From Callorhinchus milii (taxonomy: Eukaryota), in NCBI RefSeq assembly GCF_018977255.1, contig NW_024704743.1, positions 18,602,001 to 18,666,000 on the forward strand: DNA of 64,000 nucleotides, given 5' to 3'. A program made the position numbers and the translations under genes. Of this stretch, positions 1-14,212 are shown one piece after another (within the stretch, counting starts at the first letter, position 1; each line of letters opens with the position of its first letter). The notes beneath the pieces are model-generated. The model made no database searches. It had not been told where the DNA came from and saw only the letters and a list, made by a program, of their open reading frames with translations.

Positions 1-3000
1 ATTCTTCCCCTTTCATCAGAAGATCAATATGTTTTTTTACTGTACATTATTGTTCATCATAGTCAAATCAAAACAACATCTTTCCTAGAGAGGCTGCTGC
101 TTTTTCAGGTTTAATCCTTTTAAGCATAAACATTGACAATGCCAGTTGCTGTCCACTCCTATTAGGAGGCACTTGATGAGGAATTATGAAATATGAATTT
201 ATATTCTCATAAATTACATTGATTTAATGATTCATAAGTAATGACTTTACAAATGAGTTATGACATCCTCCCTTCTGGAAATATATCATGATTCCAATGA
301 AAAGTTCATTTTACACCACACATAAAAAAAACTACTGAGCTCATGCAGTAACAAATACTATTTTCAAAGTTACTGATAAATATGTGGAACTAATGAAAGA
401 CTTAAGACAAATATTAAGCTGCTTTATGACATTATGACATTACGAGGAAACCTCCTCAACATCAGAGAAGCTATTTTGATATCATGAAGAAAGTAACGGC
501 CATTAAAATAAAAAACAATACGATCATCATACAAGGAAGAAATTAAATTCATAATTTTGAATGAATGCAATGCACAGGATAAAATGACATTACAGTTTGT
601 ACCATTTTTAAATCTTCCACTTGTGGGAACACTTCTACTGTGTTCTTACAATAATATCAAACCAGCTCCAAATGCTTTTCAAAATCATCCTTTTTTGACC
701 TTTTGAGTTGAATGACTTGATAACTCCTTCCCAACCTCAATTCAGAGCCAGTGTAAAAGCTAAGAAAATCCCTGCTGCTCGAAGTCTTGTTTTTTTGACG
801 TGCAATATGGTTGGTTAGGCAGACAGTTAAATATGTGGTGCAGGAGGCAAAAATATATATATATATTTCTGTGAACCCGATAAAAGTAATGAAATTAAAA
901 TTTCCTGTATCAAAATACACTAATCGCTCTTTAACCAATTCAATCAGAACACAACTACAGAAAATATTTTTTTAAAGTACATTTAAATTTGCTGGTGTCT
1001 CAGTAAACTATTGATGCGGGTGTATTCATATTATTCAATGGACATAGCTAAAATAATTAGGGAAAATATATACTTGGCTTAGAATACTATGGTTTAAAAT
1101 GTTTCATTGGATCAATAGGTCTGTAGAAGTCAATTAATTAAGTAGTTGTTTGGTACTTTGGAATTTTATCAAGTTTTGCTTTTCTCCAGAATCAATAACA
1201 TTCAAATATAATAAAGACAGACAAAGTCTTGTTATATTAAATAAAGGCAGAAAATCCTGGAAATGCACAGGTCAATCAACACCTAGCAGAGAAAGGTAGG
1301 TTGACATTTCAGGTCATCCTTCATCTACAATGGGGGTATTTTTATATAAAAGGCCACTCACATTCAAAAATGTGATCCAGTTAAGCGACACTGGGTTTGG
1401 GTGCAATGGTGAGTCTTCACACAACAAAACTTACATATATAAAGAATCAAAACGCTGGCCTAGAAATCAGCCTTTTCAGCCCTCTAACTTCAGAGGACTC
1501 TAATCTGCAGAAAGTATGTGATTAGGTAGTCAAATAAAAATAATCTAAAGGTCTACCTATCTCAATGTATACTTCCTGATATTTGGATCAATTGAATGTA
1601 ATTTTTTTTTGTTTTAATTTTGAACAAGTTCATTATTGAAATGCATTTAAACCATGTTACATATATTATATATTTGTCTACTTCTTTGTATTGAATGAAT
1701 TGGGGGAGCATTCTGAATGATTTTTTGTCAATATATGCTCAATACAACTCTGGAACACTCTCCCTCAATCCCTCTGCCTTGCCCCTCTCTCCTTTCTTTC
1801 AAGTCTCGCCTGAAAACTTTCCTCTTCAACTGTGCTTTTGGCCACCACCCACCTCCTTCCTGGCTCGGAGTCAGGCTGCGCCACTGTTAAGCACTCTGAG
1901 ATGCTACCCTGAGTGGAGGCTGTTATGTAAGTGCAAGTTGTTGTTTTTGTACAAATGTTTTCTTCTCCAATCTTTTGAATCCTTAAAAAGGTCACAATGA
2001 TATTTCAAAAACCCACAGATGTTTCTTTTATACTCCCATTGCTGAATCTGCTAGTAAAAGGTTTACAGAGCTTTTATCTTCATGTGCCAAGCACCAAAAT
2101 CTTGATATGCCAAGAATGAATGTGTTTTAATAACAGCAATGAGACACTTCAATGAAACTACCGGCTATCCACATTGCCTAATTTTAATAGCATCATTTAA
2201 TAGCAACAGAATTGCATAACCATTCAGTTCTAACTTCCAGGGTATAAAATTATATTTTTAACAAAGGCGTTAACTTGGTGAAATCCTGGGTGGATTTCTC
2301 CACAATTGACTTAGAATGGGAGAAATAAATTTTCATCCCATCTATTTTATATTGATCCAAAATAAATATGCAGTCTGTTTTTATTGGTGAAAATGAGGAC
2401 TTCATTTTAAAAACATATTTACACCTTCCAGAAAGCATAATTTGTCTTCAGATTTATATTTATATAATGATGTGTAGCGTTTTCATTTTCCTGTTCAAAT
2501 AGTCTCACCAATGCTAAATAGGGAACAAAAATTTTCTGCTAAAATAAGGTCAGATTAATCCCTGTATTAATAAAGAATAGACAGCATCAATATTACTGTC
2601 CACAGATACCTGTATACCAGTCACAAGCTTCAAGTCATGCTGATAATTGTCTTACAAATAAAATCTTACAGGATTTTCATACTAAGTTGTACATTTCAGT
2701 GTTGAAAATGCTAATTGTTGGGCTTTCTTAAAAGAGCTGCCAAGTTCACCTAAAAAGCTTAAATCGGACCAATGATAGCAGTAACTATAGTAAACAGAAT
2801 TGTATAACCATTCGCAGTTCTAACACCCCTTTCACATTATTTTAGAACTAAAATGGATCAATTTCACTGAAATGTACTCAATAAATGTTTGAAAATATTC
2901 TACTGTTCTGTTTTTCAATTTGTTTAAAAATGTTTTAAAACCAAATAAAATATATCGTGATATAAATAAATGAGTTAATAAATTAACAAATATTAATATT

Positions 3001-6000
3001 GATCAAATGTTTTGTGAAAATGCAACAACTCCATCTTGTCACTTTTTCAATAAAAGCACTAATTAAAAACGGAACTTACAAGGTGTAAAATTGCTTTGGT
3101 AACATTTATGAAATACACTGACTAGTGCATGCAAGGTTGCACTTACTATCCTTCCGCCTTGCCCCCCCTTTCCACATTTTTAGATCACGCCTGAAGACCT
3201 TCCTCTTTGACCGTGCTTACAATCACTTCCCCCTCCCCCTGCCTTGGCGTCAGGCTCTGCCACTATTAAGCCCTCTGAGAAGGGCTCTATATAAATTCAA
3301 ATTGTCATTATTGTTCTATTACCGTATAAGGGGCCCAGGTGATATAGTTCTAAGCATTTCATGAAGACAACTTAACATTTTGGGTTTGATTTCCTTCTTC
3401 AAAGAGCTGTTTCTGTGATACATGTGCTTAAAACATTCGATCTGTGTCTTACATTAAATTTTAAGAAAATTGCTTAATTGAAAAAAATCAAAGCATCTAC
3501 CGTGGAGTGCATTCCTTTTAATTGAAGGCAAGTCAAAACTTAACTGTTTACTGATCCTTTATGGTTGAGCTCTTTGAATCTCTGCTTTTGCTATTTTAAA
3601 TGGTTAGAGAAACTACAGGTTAACTCTATTTGGCTCGTATTGCACAATTTTATGAGCGATCCTCAAGATGTTCATCTGCATTAAAAATATGTTTTTTTAA
3701 AAAAAAGAGGTCAGCAACGTAAATAGCACCCATATGCAAATAAGAAAATCTCTTATTAACATAAATAAACTGTAAACAGTAATTTAAGGTATATTTGCAC
3801 CATTAGTGATAGTCTCTGCAAAGAGACATTTCAAGCAAGATGTACAAACCAGGACCAAGATATATCCAAACATTCAAAGAAACTGCACACAAGAACCATC
3901 CTGGGAAATAAAGCAAAGACAAAAGACACTATGAACCAAGATGCATGTTGGAATTTGTTAAATGTTATATACACATTTGGGAATTTCACCGTGTTGAGCC
4001 AAAAGTCCATCAATAAAGATGTTATTTATTTGTGTATTGTATTTTTGAATTGAAACACTGAATAGAAGAATAGACTATGTTTGATCACATAGGCCTCTTA
4101 TTTTATGACTATTCAACTTAACTGTAAAGATAAAACAAGCTGTACTTTGCAATACTCTATTTGTAGCCGAGCTGCCACTTCAAAAGGTGCAACTTTCCTC
4201 GTTCACCCGATCTCATGAAACTGCGTAAACTGGTTTTATTTATAGAACTGCACTCACTCAGCCAGTACAAACACAATCCTACCATGTAAAGACAGGAGGA
4301 AAATAAAAATACAGTACTCTGAATGTGTTTTGAGCCCATAATTCAATAGGTGGATTGAATGAGTGTTTCTGATCCACATACACTGCAGAATTTCCACCAC
4401 TTTGATGCAATTCTTGCATTGGGTCAATATGAACTCTAGTTTGATCAAATCAGATTTAGAGGTGTGTGATCATGTTGAGGAGACATACTTGTACTGCTTC
4501 AGCTTTTCACTGGGCGTAGCTTAATTTAACATTTAAAGCTTAAGAAGCTGAGTTGATCTGCTGGATTGCTTTTACGATTTGTAATGTACAAAGGAGTCAG
4601 CAGTCACACTAGTTCTTCACAAATAGCACAAATAATTAATAATTATTTGCATTTCAGATGCTTGTTGATGGGAGCTCTACACATGCACTGGTAGGATTTT
4701 GTTTTAGTTAAACTTTGCCCAAAATCGACAGCCGTAGGGTTCTGTTCATTCACAGGTCCATTAATAAAGGCACTAGTTTGACAAGAACCGCCTCAGCAAG
4801 TTCAGTGGTTTAATACTCTTAAACATAGTAATGGGTTTCCGCATGTGTCAGAAACCTCCCCAGTCAAGATATAACTCATGTAGTCAATGAACTTGTGCAT
4901 GATACCCCTGGCATAGTTTAATCTGGGGTCAGTAGCCCAATTTAAAAAAATTGATTTGAGTTGAGTCCAGAAGATAATTTGTAATGTGGACCCCTGCCAA
5001 ATTCAGTCTTCAGTATAAAATCAGGATAAAAACTTAGTTCGAAATGGGATAAAATTTATGAATATTACTTAGTGTAACATGCCAGGTTAAGTGACATGGG
5101 GTGGTTGGGGGGTGGGGTGGGGGGGAGAGGAAGAAGTATTCGCCATCTTTCATTCAGAATGAAGCAAACCGCCACACAAAACAGATATTCCAACTCATAG
5201 CACCACATGTCGAAAGTGACACCAGAAATGTCTTCACACCACCTACAAGCATCTATCTGTTTGTCATATCACCCACAGAAACTCTCTGCCACAAATTATC
5301 ATTAAGCACTGGGGTGACTGACTTTTAATTAATTATCACATTGAACACATTATGAAATGCCATTTACTTTCCAGTTAATTCATAAAGAATCGCCATAAAA
5401 TAAACATCTTCACCCATCCTCTTCCTGTTGGATGCATCCTTTGTACGTTGTGAAAAAAAACCTCACCATCTTTGGATATCCCCCCTCCCCACACACCAGC
5501 TTGAGAATTTCTCTACTATAATGGTGCAGATTGCGTGCAACTAAAACTTTAAAAAATTGAGTTGAAACACCACTGAAAAGCTGCCTCAGGAAGCAAAAAT
5601 AAAGTCATGCATGGGTCAATATACAAGATAGCGATTTATTTTCCACAGCGCATAAAGAACGTTTTCAATGCATGGAAGTTGGGGATTTACTTATACTGCC
5701 ATTATTTACAGTAATTACATCCAATGCATTGTGAAATGCCGCAAATTGCACTCTCAATAGTGCAAATGAGTCACCTTTGATCCTTGCATCTTAACTGTAC
5801 AAAGAGTCTTAAGCTCAGAGTCAGACACTCTGTATATTGCTGTAAATGGGATGAAACTGTTATTTTTGTGTATGTTATAAAATGAACAATGGAACCTGAT
5901 TCGGAAGCCAGACTGTTGTCAACTTCAACTATCTTTAATTTAAAATCAGTCACTAAATACAAAATTGTGGGATAACTTAAATTTGCTAAATAATCCATAC

Positions 6001-6504
6001 ATAACTTCATTATGTTTTGCACATAGCTGTTTATTTTGGTTCCATGATTCTTGTAACTCCAATGGATCACACTGAAAATTTTGGTTGTTCAGTTCAACCC
6101 GGTTTACACATTTAATTCAGATTCCATTTGGATTACATTGATCTGAATTGAATCTTTTGAATTTGAGTCTTTATTTTGTTTTCACTGTGATACAAATAAT
6201 CCCAGGTAAATGTGTTAAAGATTTTAAATTTAACCCCAACAAGTGCAGGATATGAACAGGGTCAGAGATGTGCCATGATAACGTAAAACTATTATCCATT
6301 GGAGTCTTAATCCATTCCAGGAGCAATTTGGAGTGTCAGGAATGGCAAGATAGTTTATTTTAGTTCCAATTTGATCAGTGTTCATGATTTACACCATTTG
6401 TTTCAGATCAACTGTAAAATCTGATTAAATCTAAATATACAGCATTGATGTAAATGGGGTTTGCATCTAATGCTCCTGAGAAGCACCATTGTTTCACAGC
6501 TGGT

Positions 6505-6587
6505 CTAATCCTCTTTTTCTTTCATCACCTCTCCGTGAAGCACCTTTCTTCTTTGACGTAACATGTGGAAGTAGAGTTGTGGAAAAA
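6505..6587 (-). CDS. HACD1: HACD1 exon 7 coding part ([31 protein letters not shown])
   Basis: Acceptor atcaag, TAG at 6507-6505, LYxHMxxQRxK family motif. Exon lengths sum to 720 nt with an uninterrupted frame. Confidence 0.97.
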
Positions 6588-8783
6588 CTTGATTTTTAAT
6601 TCAAATGCATTGACGAGGAAAGAAAAAGAAAGAAATGATTAGTTCTATCAGATACAAATTACATAGATAGTTAAAACTTTCATTTGATTAACTATTACTA
6701 TCCGGTTAATGGTACAGGAAGATTAGACTGTCTGCAGTTGGGCAATCTGCCCTCCCCCAATTTGTGATATAACCTGTTAGTGGGGTGAAATACTACCTGG
6801 GTCTTGATCTATGCTATTTATGTAGCATTTTAAAAAGTCCAAACTTTGGCAAATTCTTAGACATAGTTTTAATGATTAAGCAGGTTTTCTCTAAGTTCTT
6901 TTAGCTACAGAAAAACGGCATCAAAGTTAAGGCTGAATTCAACAATTTGTTAGATTCTGAGCACTCTAAAATGCTGGTAACAGTATAAATCTAAACTCAG
7001 GTGGAACTTCTCCCAATATATTTGCAGGGACCCTAAGTGAATATTCGTGTAACGTAAACCCATCATTCTGGCTTTTATGTCAGCGCTATGTAGACACATT
7101 AAACAGTGCTTGATCCATTGTACTTGACAAATTTTCCCCATCCTAAATTCCTTAAAAATGTGCTCCATCTGCTAACTGTTAAAGTCCAGTGAACAATGTG
7201 TAATGAAGATATGCTAAACTGCAGAAAAAATACATGTTCAGCGAATGTTAATGTTAAAGTTAAATATAACTGGTTTAATAGCACTGAATTACCTTGCTAA
7301 ATTCTCCCAAGTCTGGATTACAACCCTGTCTCCCATTATAATTGAAAATACAAATGTATGTGTTTGTTTGGTGTTCCATTTAAATTAAATGGAAACTAAA
7401 CTTAAGCTTCTTAAGCTTTGTTTTGTAGTTTAAAGTATAGTTTCAACAGAAATTATACCAAATCATGAATCACAAATCATAATCATTTATGGCTCAGAAG
7501 TAGGTCTATCGTGTCATCAGATCTGAGTTAGTTGTTCTGCCCCAGTGTTCTGCACTTCCCCACTCTATCTTCCATACCTCTTCAAGCCTCTATCCTTTAT
7601 ATGCATGTCTACTTCTCCCTTGAAATCTACAGTGGGCTCTGTCTCTACCATCTGGTAGGGCATTCGGCATCCAAACCATTTCATTGTCTATAGTTCTGAA
7701 TAATACTTTGCACATTCAAAAGAAAAGTTTCACTCTTTGCCTTCTTTAATACACATCTGGTAAGGATGGATCACTTGAATTTTTAACTATATGTTGAATA
7801 CCTGTGATTTTGTGTAATAAACAAATTATCATCAGTCACTAAGAATGCCTTAAATGTACAATAAAACAACAGCGAGAATGTTTTTACTATGGAAAGAGTT
7901 CAATAGTCACTTAGAAAATTAATTTTATGGGTAACTGTCCCAGCGATACCATCTTTCTTTGCCCCACCTGTTCTTATTGTAAACCATCTAGTCTCCAAAC
8001 ACAAGTGCATGAAAGAACCATACAAGACTACCTCTTTCCTCTGTTTTCAGCTTTCCACTACTCTTAGTGCCGCTATATTAGGGGACTACATGTACTGGGT
8101 TTCAAGATGAATATGACTCAGACTAGTAATATTGTTTAGTCTGAACTAAATGGTAAAAACTTTTTTTTACTTTTGTAAGCCCTGTGTCTACTTTTTATTT
8201 GATCAACATCCGTGAATTATCCTAGATTCCAACCGGCTCGTGACAAAGATTGAAACTGAGTTAATGACATTTCAATAAACTGAGACAACAAGACGAGCTG
8301 TATGCTTTGATATTGACAGATACAGTTACTAATCCAATAATCTGCTCCAATCCAAGACAAAGCTATTTTATATTAATGTAAGTTGTTATACATTTCTTAC
8401 CAGCACCATATTTTCTTAACGATGTAGAATCAACTCAATGTTATCAAAAAGTTAATATTTTCAAACAAACAAAAAATAATTTCAGACACACACAATACAA
8501 TATAATTTACAATTGTATAGCACCTTTCACACTGGGAAGACAACATCAAATTGCATATCCAAGTGCTTAAACGCAGTGCTCACACAACTCTTCAATATAT
8601 AAAAATGCAAGATCAAATAACCAGGGCACATTTTAGTATATTATTGCACAGAATGTAAATAGCCCATAAAACAAAATGGACTGATGTATCCAAAATGTTC
8701 CAATACAATGTGTATACACAACCTCTCAACATGTTTGAAGTTACTATTGTAATCCAACAAAAGATTTTTTTAAAAAAACTTAC

Positions 8784-8962
8784 GTGGTATATATGCTATC
8801 ATAGCAATTATGAGGCACGTATAGTAATCAAATGAGACATTGTACTTGTTAGGAAGTCTCAATGAATACATGCCAGATTTCTTTACAAAAGGCAGGGCAC
8901 CATAAATTGTAAGGAGTTCACCAACTACACCGATTGGGTACAAGAGAATGAAGAAGTTGTAT
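8784..8962 (-). CDS. HACD1: HACD1 exon 6, 179 nt ([59 protein letters not shown])
   Basis: Acceptor ttacag, donor C|gtaagt. Contains the catalytic YPxGxxGE motif (Tyr/Glu) of Phs1/HACD dehydratases. Confidence 0.97.
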
Positions 8963-10221
8963 CTGTAACAAGAACATTAACAAACAATGTCAGCATCAGT
9001 CTTTTAATTCTCATACTTGGAAACCAAAGTAATTATCTGTCCTTAGGTCATGAGACTCCAAGTTCCAGCATTCAATCTACAAATAGCAAGTTTAACCAGA
9101 GAGCTTTTTATTATTTCTGTAGAAAGTCAAACTGGGGAGGATGCTTCTTAAGATAACAAAAACATGAAATAATAGTAAATGATCAACATAGACATTTTTT
9201 ACCATATAATAATTCAAATTGGTATGATCCTAAATGTATCTCCCACTTACTCAATATCCAAATAGAATAATTTTAAAATTAGCAACTCTCCATATCTAAA
9301 AGCCACTTTTACAACCATCTTCACGTCTTTGACACATCCACTATCTGTTTAAAAAATGTTAATGTCTGGGTGCATCAAGCTGAGAAACATTAATAGTGGT
9401 GAGTGGAACATTTTCTCATTTCAGGCATCTGATCTTAGCGACAAGCATTCTTAAATCAGACATCCCACAGCCAGCTGTACCTGTAAAGACTATTGTATGA
9501 ATGTCAATATCAAAGAAACTACCAAATGAACGAGTGTGGCTTTTTGCTTTCAAATACCAACTATCATTGTGGCTAATAACACACTACATATAAGATGTAA
9601 GAACAGATTGAGATCAAATGGGTTGAAAGATATTCATTGTCTAAACAATTCACCTGGTTGTGTGATTCTTCAGAGATGCATCAGACTGAATCAGGTAGAC
9701 CCACCTCCAATGTATTATTTTTCCATATGAGGAAGTGCCTTGCCTCCACTTGGAGGTTTGCTCTGACAGTATGGCTGAGTTTTGAAACTTGCTGTATGGA
9801 CAAACTCCAGCCCCCACCCCCCACCCCCACAAAGTCTACAGCATTAATACAAGTACTGGACACTAATATATTCTATTTGCACAGTAAACTTAACCCGTTG
9901 TGTTGCATTTGTAACAACAATATACTTTAGCAAATAATGTTTGATGCAGATTGTAATCTCTAGTCAAGTCTTTTTTCTGATCCTAATGTAAAACACGCTG
10001 TACTTTGTCTTGATAGAAATTAGATTTATTATGTTATTTCTAATATGTTCATCCTATTAGTCTACTAAATTGGATACAATGAACTTTTACCAGAAAAAGC
10101 AGTTGGCCATAATTGGTCCAAATTGTATTTTGTTGTATTGCTCTGCCCTCTGCCTATTTCTCTCACACAGACAATTATTCATATATGAAGTACAATAAAG
10201 TATAGTGGAGACACTCATGAT

Positions 10222-10528
10222 TATATTCCTTGCATTTGATACAGCGCCTTATCACGTCTTCTAGACATCTCAAAGCGTTTCACAGAATATACTGTAAAGT
10301 GAATTGACTGTACATTTGTGGGCGAAACGCGGTAGCCAATTGTGCACAGCAGTGTCCCACAAACAGTCGTGGATTTAGTGACCAAATTGTTATTTTATTT
10401 ATTTCCTTGAGGGATTATTATCAGGCGTGTGGAGTAAGAAAACTTGCCCAAGGTTTCACCCTGTCGGGAATCGAACCCAGGTCTCTCGCTTGCGAGGCGA
10501 GTTCTTTTACCGCTGAGCTGCAGGACCC
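10222..10528 (-). mobile_element. Older-subfamily SINE copy (TAGAA loop)
   Basis: tRNA-like head at 10460-10528, body and tail diverged. Confidence 0.9.
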
Positions 10529-12163
10529 TTCTATGATTCTCTCTATGTTTGAAGTACTCCTCCACTCAATCCCATGAAACTCTCCCACCTTTATCTCACC
10601 CTCCAACTTTTATTTGTAATTCACTCTTCTTTTTGTTGCTGTTATTTTAAACATGCACAAAACAGGTGCAGACAAAGAAGGTGCTTTGGCCTATTTGATC
10701 TCATCCTTCCAGAATACCTACTTTATCATCTTCCTATTGTTTTGTAAATGAGTCCAGTGTTCTGCCCCCAACCACCTTTCCTGGTAACCCATTCCATTTG
10801 TTAATTACTCTCTGGATCAAGAAGATTCCCTTTATCAGTACATATTATGGTAGGATACTCTGCCCCCATAGCACACATTGCTACAACAAAACTGAGTGGG
10901 AGCAACAGGATAGTACCACAGAGAGAAAGCGGGAGTGGTGGGGGAAAGGATTGATACACATGCGAGAGAGTGTGCAGAAAGCAAATCAGAAAAACACCTT
11001 AGTGGTGCTACTTTGTCAGTGTAATTTCATACTACACAACAGTTACAAAAATAAACTTCCATGATACAGTGCATATTTCTTTACAAAAATACATGAACAC
11101 AAAAATATACAAACACAAAACAAGGCAGCTATAATAAATTTTCTCTCACACAAAAACATCATAGGCTCATTAAAAAGTTGGGTACATGCTAAGTATTAAA
11201 CATCGGAGAGGGGTAATTAAACTCCATCTTGCAAATGGTTTATGTGGTATGAAACATGCAAACGTAATCATTCATACAGAAGATCTCCGACAGTCTGGTG
11301 CAACCGCAGTGCTTAAGACTACCTCAGAGGATCTGAAGAAATGTATGAAGTGCATTCCATGACCAAAACAGATGGGTCTTTAAAATGGCAGCAGCTGAAC
11401 ATGAAACTCCCTCAAGGGCTGCAGTTTCAAGAGCTAATGCACCAGAACCAACATGCTGCAAGCCTGCACACCACTCGATGTTATTGATTTGTAATGCAAG
11501 GCACATGCATGATTAATTCAAATAAATTCTACACTAACATTAAGACCTCTCACAAACTCAAACCACAAGTCTCTAGAACTTGGGGAAAGTTACTGAGTTC
11601 TCTTAAAACCAGCTGCTTCGCTTAGCTAAATATGCGCTTTGTTATCTCACACATACAGAAATATCTTTGGTGGGAAATTTTATACAGTGGCTGCCCAGAA
11701 TCAATTTATGTGCAGCAAAACATGCTTATTATCCAAATCAAATATAGTAGAAATTCATAAGGTGCGTCACTATAATGTGGGTTCATTTATTATAATAATA
11801 ATATATAATAATCCTTGTATTTGATGCAGCGCCTCATCACTTTATTGAGACATCCCAAAGAGCCTTCACAGAATATACTGCAAAGTGTATATTTTGTGGG
11901 ACTGAATATTTTGTGGGCAAAACAAAGAGGTGTGTTGACAAATGGATCCCAATATTTACTCACTTAAAATATCCAAAATGTGAAAATAGGCTCCACCTGC
12001 ACTTCAAAATGGCAGCTGTCACACAGGAGGCCAAAATGTCACTGGTACAATCACTTCTGGTGCATAGGAAGCAAACTATTGGCAGAGACCTGATGACCTG
12101 AAAGTCAGCCACTTGCCCCTGCGCTGGGACAGCATTCTGAAGTGCTAGCGGAGTGGGTGCATG

Positions 12164-12385
12164 TAATAATAATAATAATCCTTGCATTTGATATAGCGCT
12201 TTTCACGTCGGGAGGACATCCCAAAGCGCTTCACAGAACACACTGTAAAGTGAGTTGACTGTATATTTGTGGGCAAACGCGGCAGCCAATTGCGGACAGC
12301 AATGTCCCACAAACAGTCGTAGATTGAAAATGACCAATCTTTATTATTGTTTTTGGTTTTTTGGAGGGATTATTAGGCGTGTATG
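12164..12385 (-). mobile_element. 5'-truncated young SINE
   Basis: Family similarity. Confidence 0.92.
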
Positions 12386-14212
12386 TAGTGAAAGAGGAAG
12401 GACTGACCAGCCCCACATTATAGAACTGGTTAGAATTTTATGAATCTAAACTAATGTGCTATCACATGGTTCCATTGCATATTACCACTTGACAGAATCC
12501 CCACTTTCATTTTGCTTTTTCAATTCTCTTTTCTGTTTTTCTTCCCTCCTCTAACGCTGTATTTGAACTCTTTTTTCTTTCTATCAGGATATGGTTGCAC
12601 AAGTACCTCATCCAAATGGCCAAAATTTGGTGTGCGAACCTTGACATTGACCATGGCAGCCAAGCACCATCCTGTCCTCACCCGTACTCCCTCTTCCATG
12701 CGTCTCTAGACGGCAGTTAAAAGAAGGAATTCTAGTTGAATTTGTTCTCCTTAACTTGGAACTGCTGAGGTAATTCAAGATCTAACATTGTTCGACTGGG
12801 CTGGAATCTGTTTACCACAGACCTGCAAAACCACATTCAAACCTGCAATCTTTTTAGACTGTACAGATTTAGTACCACTTTACAACATGTCTACACCCAT
12901 CAGGCAATCTAAAGAGAGTTGCTATTTCACTCTTCACTCAGAGTCAGCTTAAAGTGATCCTGTCTTTATTTAAAAAAATTGTTGTCATATTTCCAATTTT
13001 GTTGGAAAAGAGCTGATAAGCTGTGATTCACATTAATCATGCTCTTTTAAGGTGCAGCAATATGTTTCAACATAGTATCTCTCAAAGGTACATTTAAATA
13101 AATAGGAGAAACTGTGTCAGTAATTTTTCACAAAAGCAGTTTCCCTTTGATCGTTATTCAAAACTCTTCATAGAATATACCGCAAAGTGAATGGACTATG
13201 TTTTGTGGGAAAATGTGGCAACCAATTGTGCACAATAGTTTCCCACAAACAGTCGTGGATTGAGTGACCAAATTATTATCTTTTAAAATTTATTTATTTC
13301 GAAGGGATTTTTACCCCTGGAAAAGTGATCCGCCAATCGACTAACAACCGGGTTCCTACTTATTATAATGAACAGATAATCCCATGATTATTTTAATGAA
13401 CAGATAACCCCATTAATATAGGTACATGAGATGTAAATAATCCTAACATTTATGAAGTTTACTGATTTAATCCTTCATCTATACCATAGGTATGTTGTGA
13501 AAATCAAGAATGTGCTGTATTTTTGCATCGAGACTGATTTAATTCTCACCATTTGATCTTCCCACTATTATAGCAGAAAGAATTTTAGCAACTACAAGAC
13601 TGTCTCCTTCTATGTTTGAACTGATCCCTCCATTTTCATGTATGTTTCATTGTCTCTCCCATCTATTTTAATGTTAATTTAATCACCGCTTGACAAGATT
13701 ACGTCTGCCTCTCTTTTGCTGGGTTTACACTGCACATTTGCAGCACATTGCCCTAGTTTATATGGTATTTCGCATTGAAAAGTGAAGCATAAATTTGGAT
13801 TGAGCAGCACCATTCAGAAACCAATTGTGCTGGAACACCTCTGCTGAGGTCATTTGAGGAGATGATTTTAACAGCACTTTGATTCACCTCATTCCACTCC
13901 ACAAAGCATCCTGGAAAGTTGTTGGGAAGTCTGATGATAAATGCAATGGGTAATCGAGGATCTTTTCACTAAGCATTTCTTAACGCTATTAAAAGTACAG
14001 GGTGACACCATCATGAAGTGCCTCAATAGAATGTGAGTCGATTTATAATGCGAGTGAGCTGTAGACACTGCCAGCATCACCATCCAGGGATTTTGGCGTC
14101 TTGTTCGATCCTCAACGATCCTTTTTACCCCACATCCGAGCCAAATTCCACTCTGCCTTCCCCCACCTCTGCCACCTAATATTATTATTAATAATAATCC
14201 TTGCATTTGCTC

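Noticed and set aside
657..938. 93-aa minus-strand ORF, considered as a possible exon of the expected neighbour ST8SIA6
   Set aside because: No sialylmotif or other recognisable similarity, and it includes an (AT)n run.
4020..6504. HACD1 polyadenylation site
   Set aside because: Several minus-strand AATAAA candidates (about 6354, 6170, 5635, 4237) in AT-rich DNA; cannot choose without 3'-end data.
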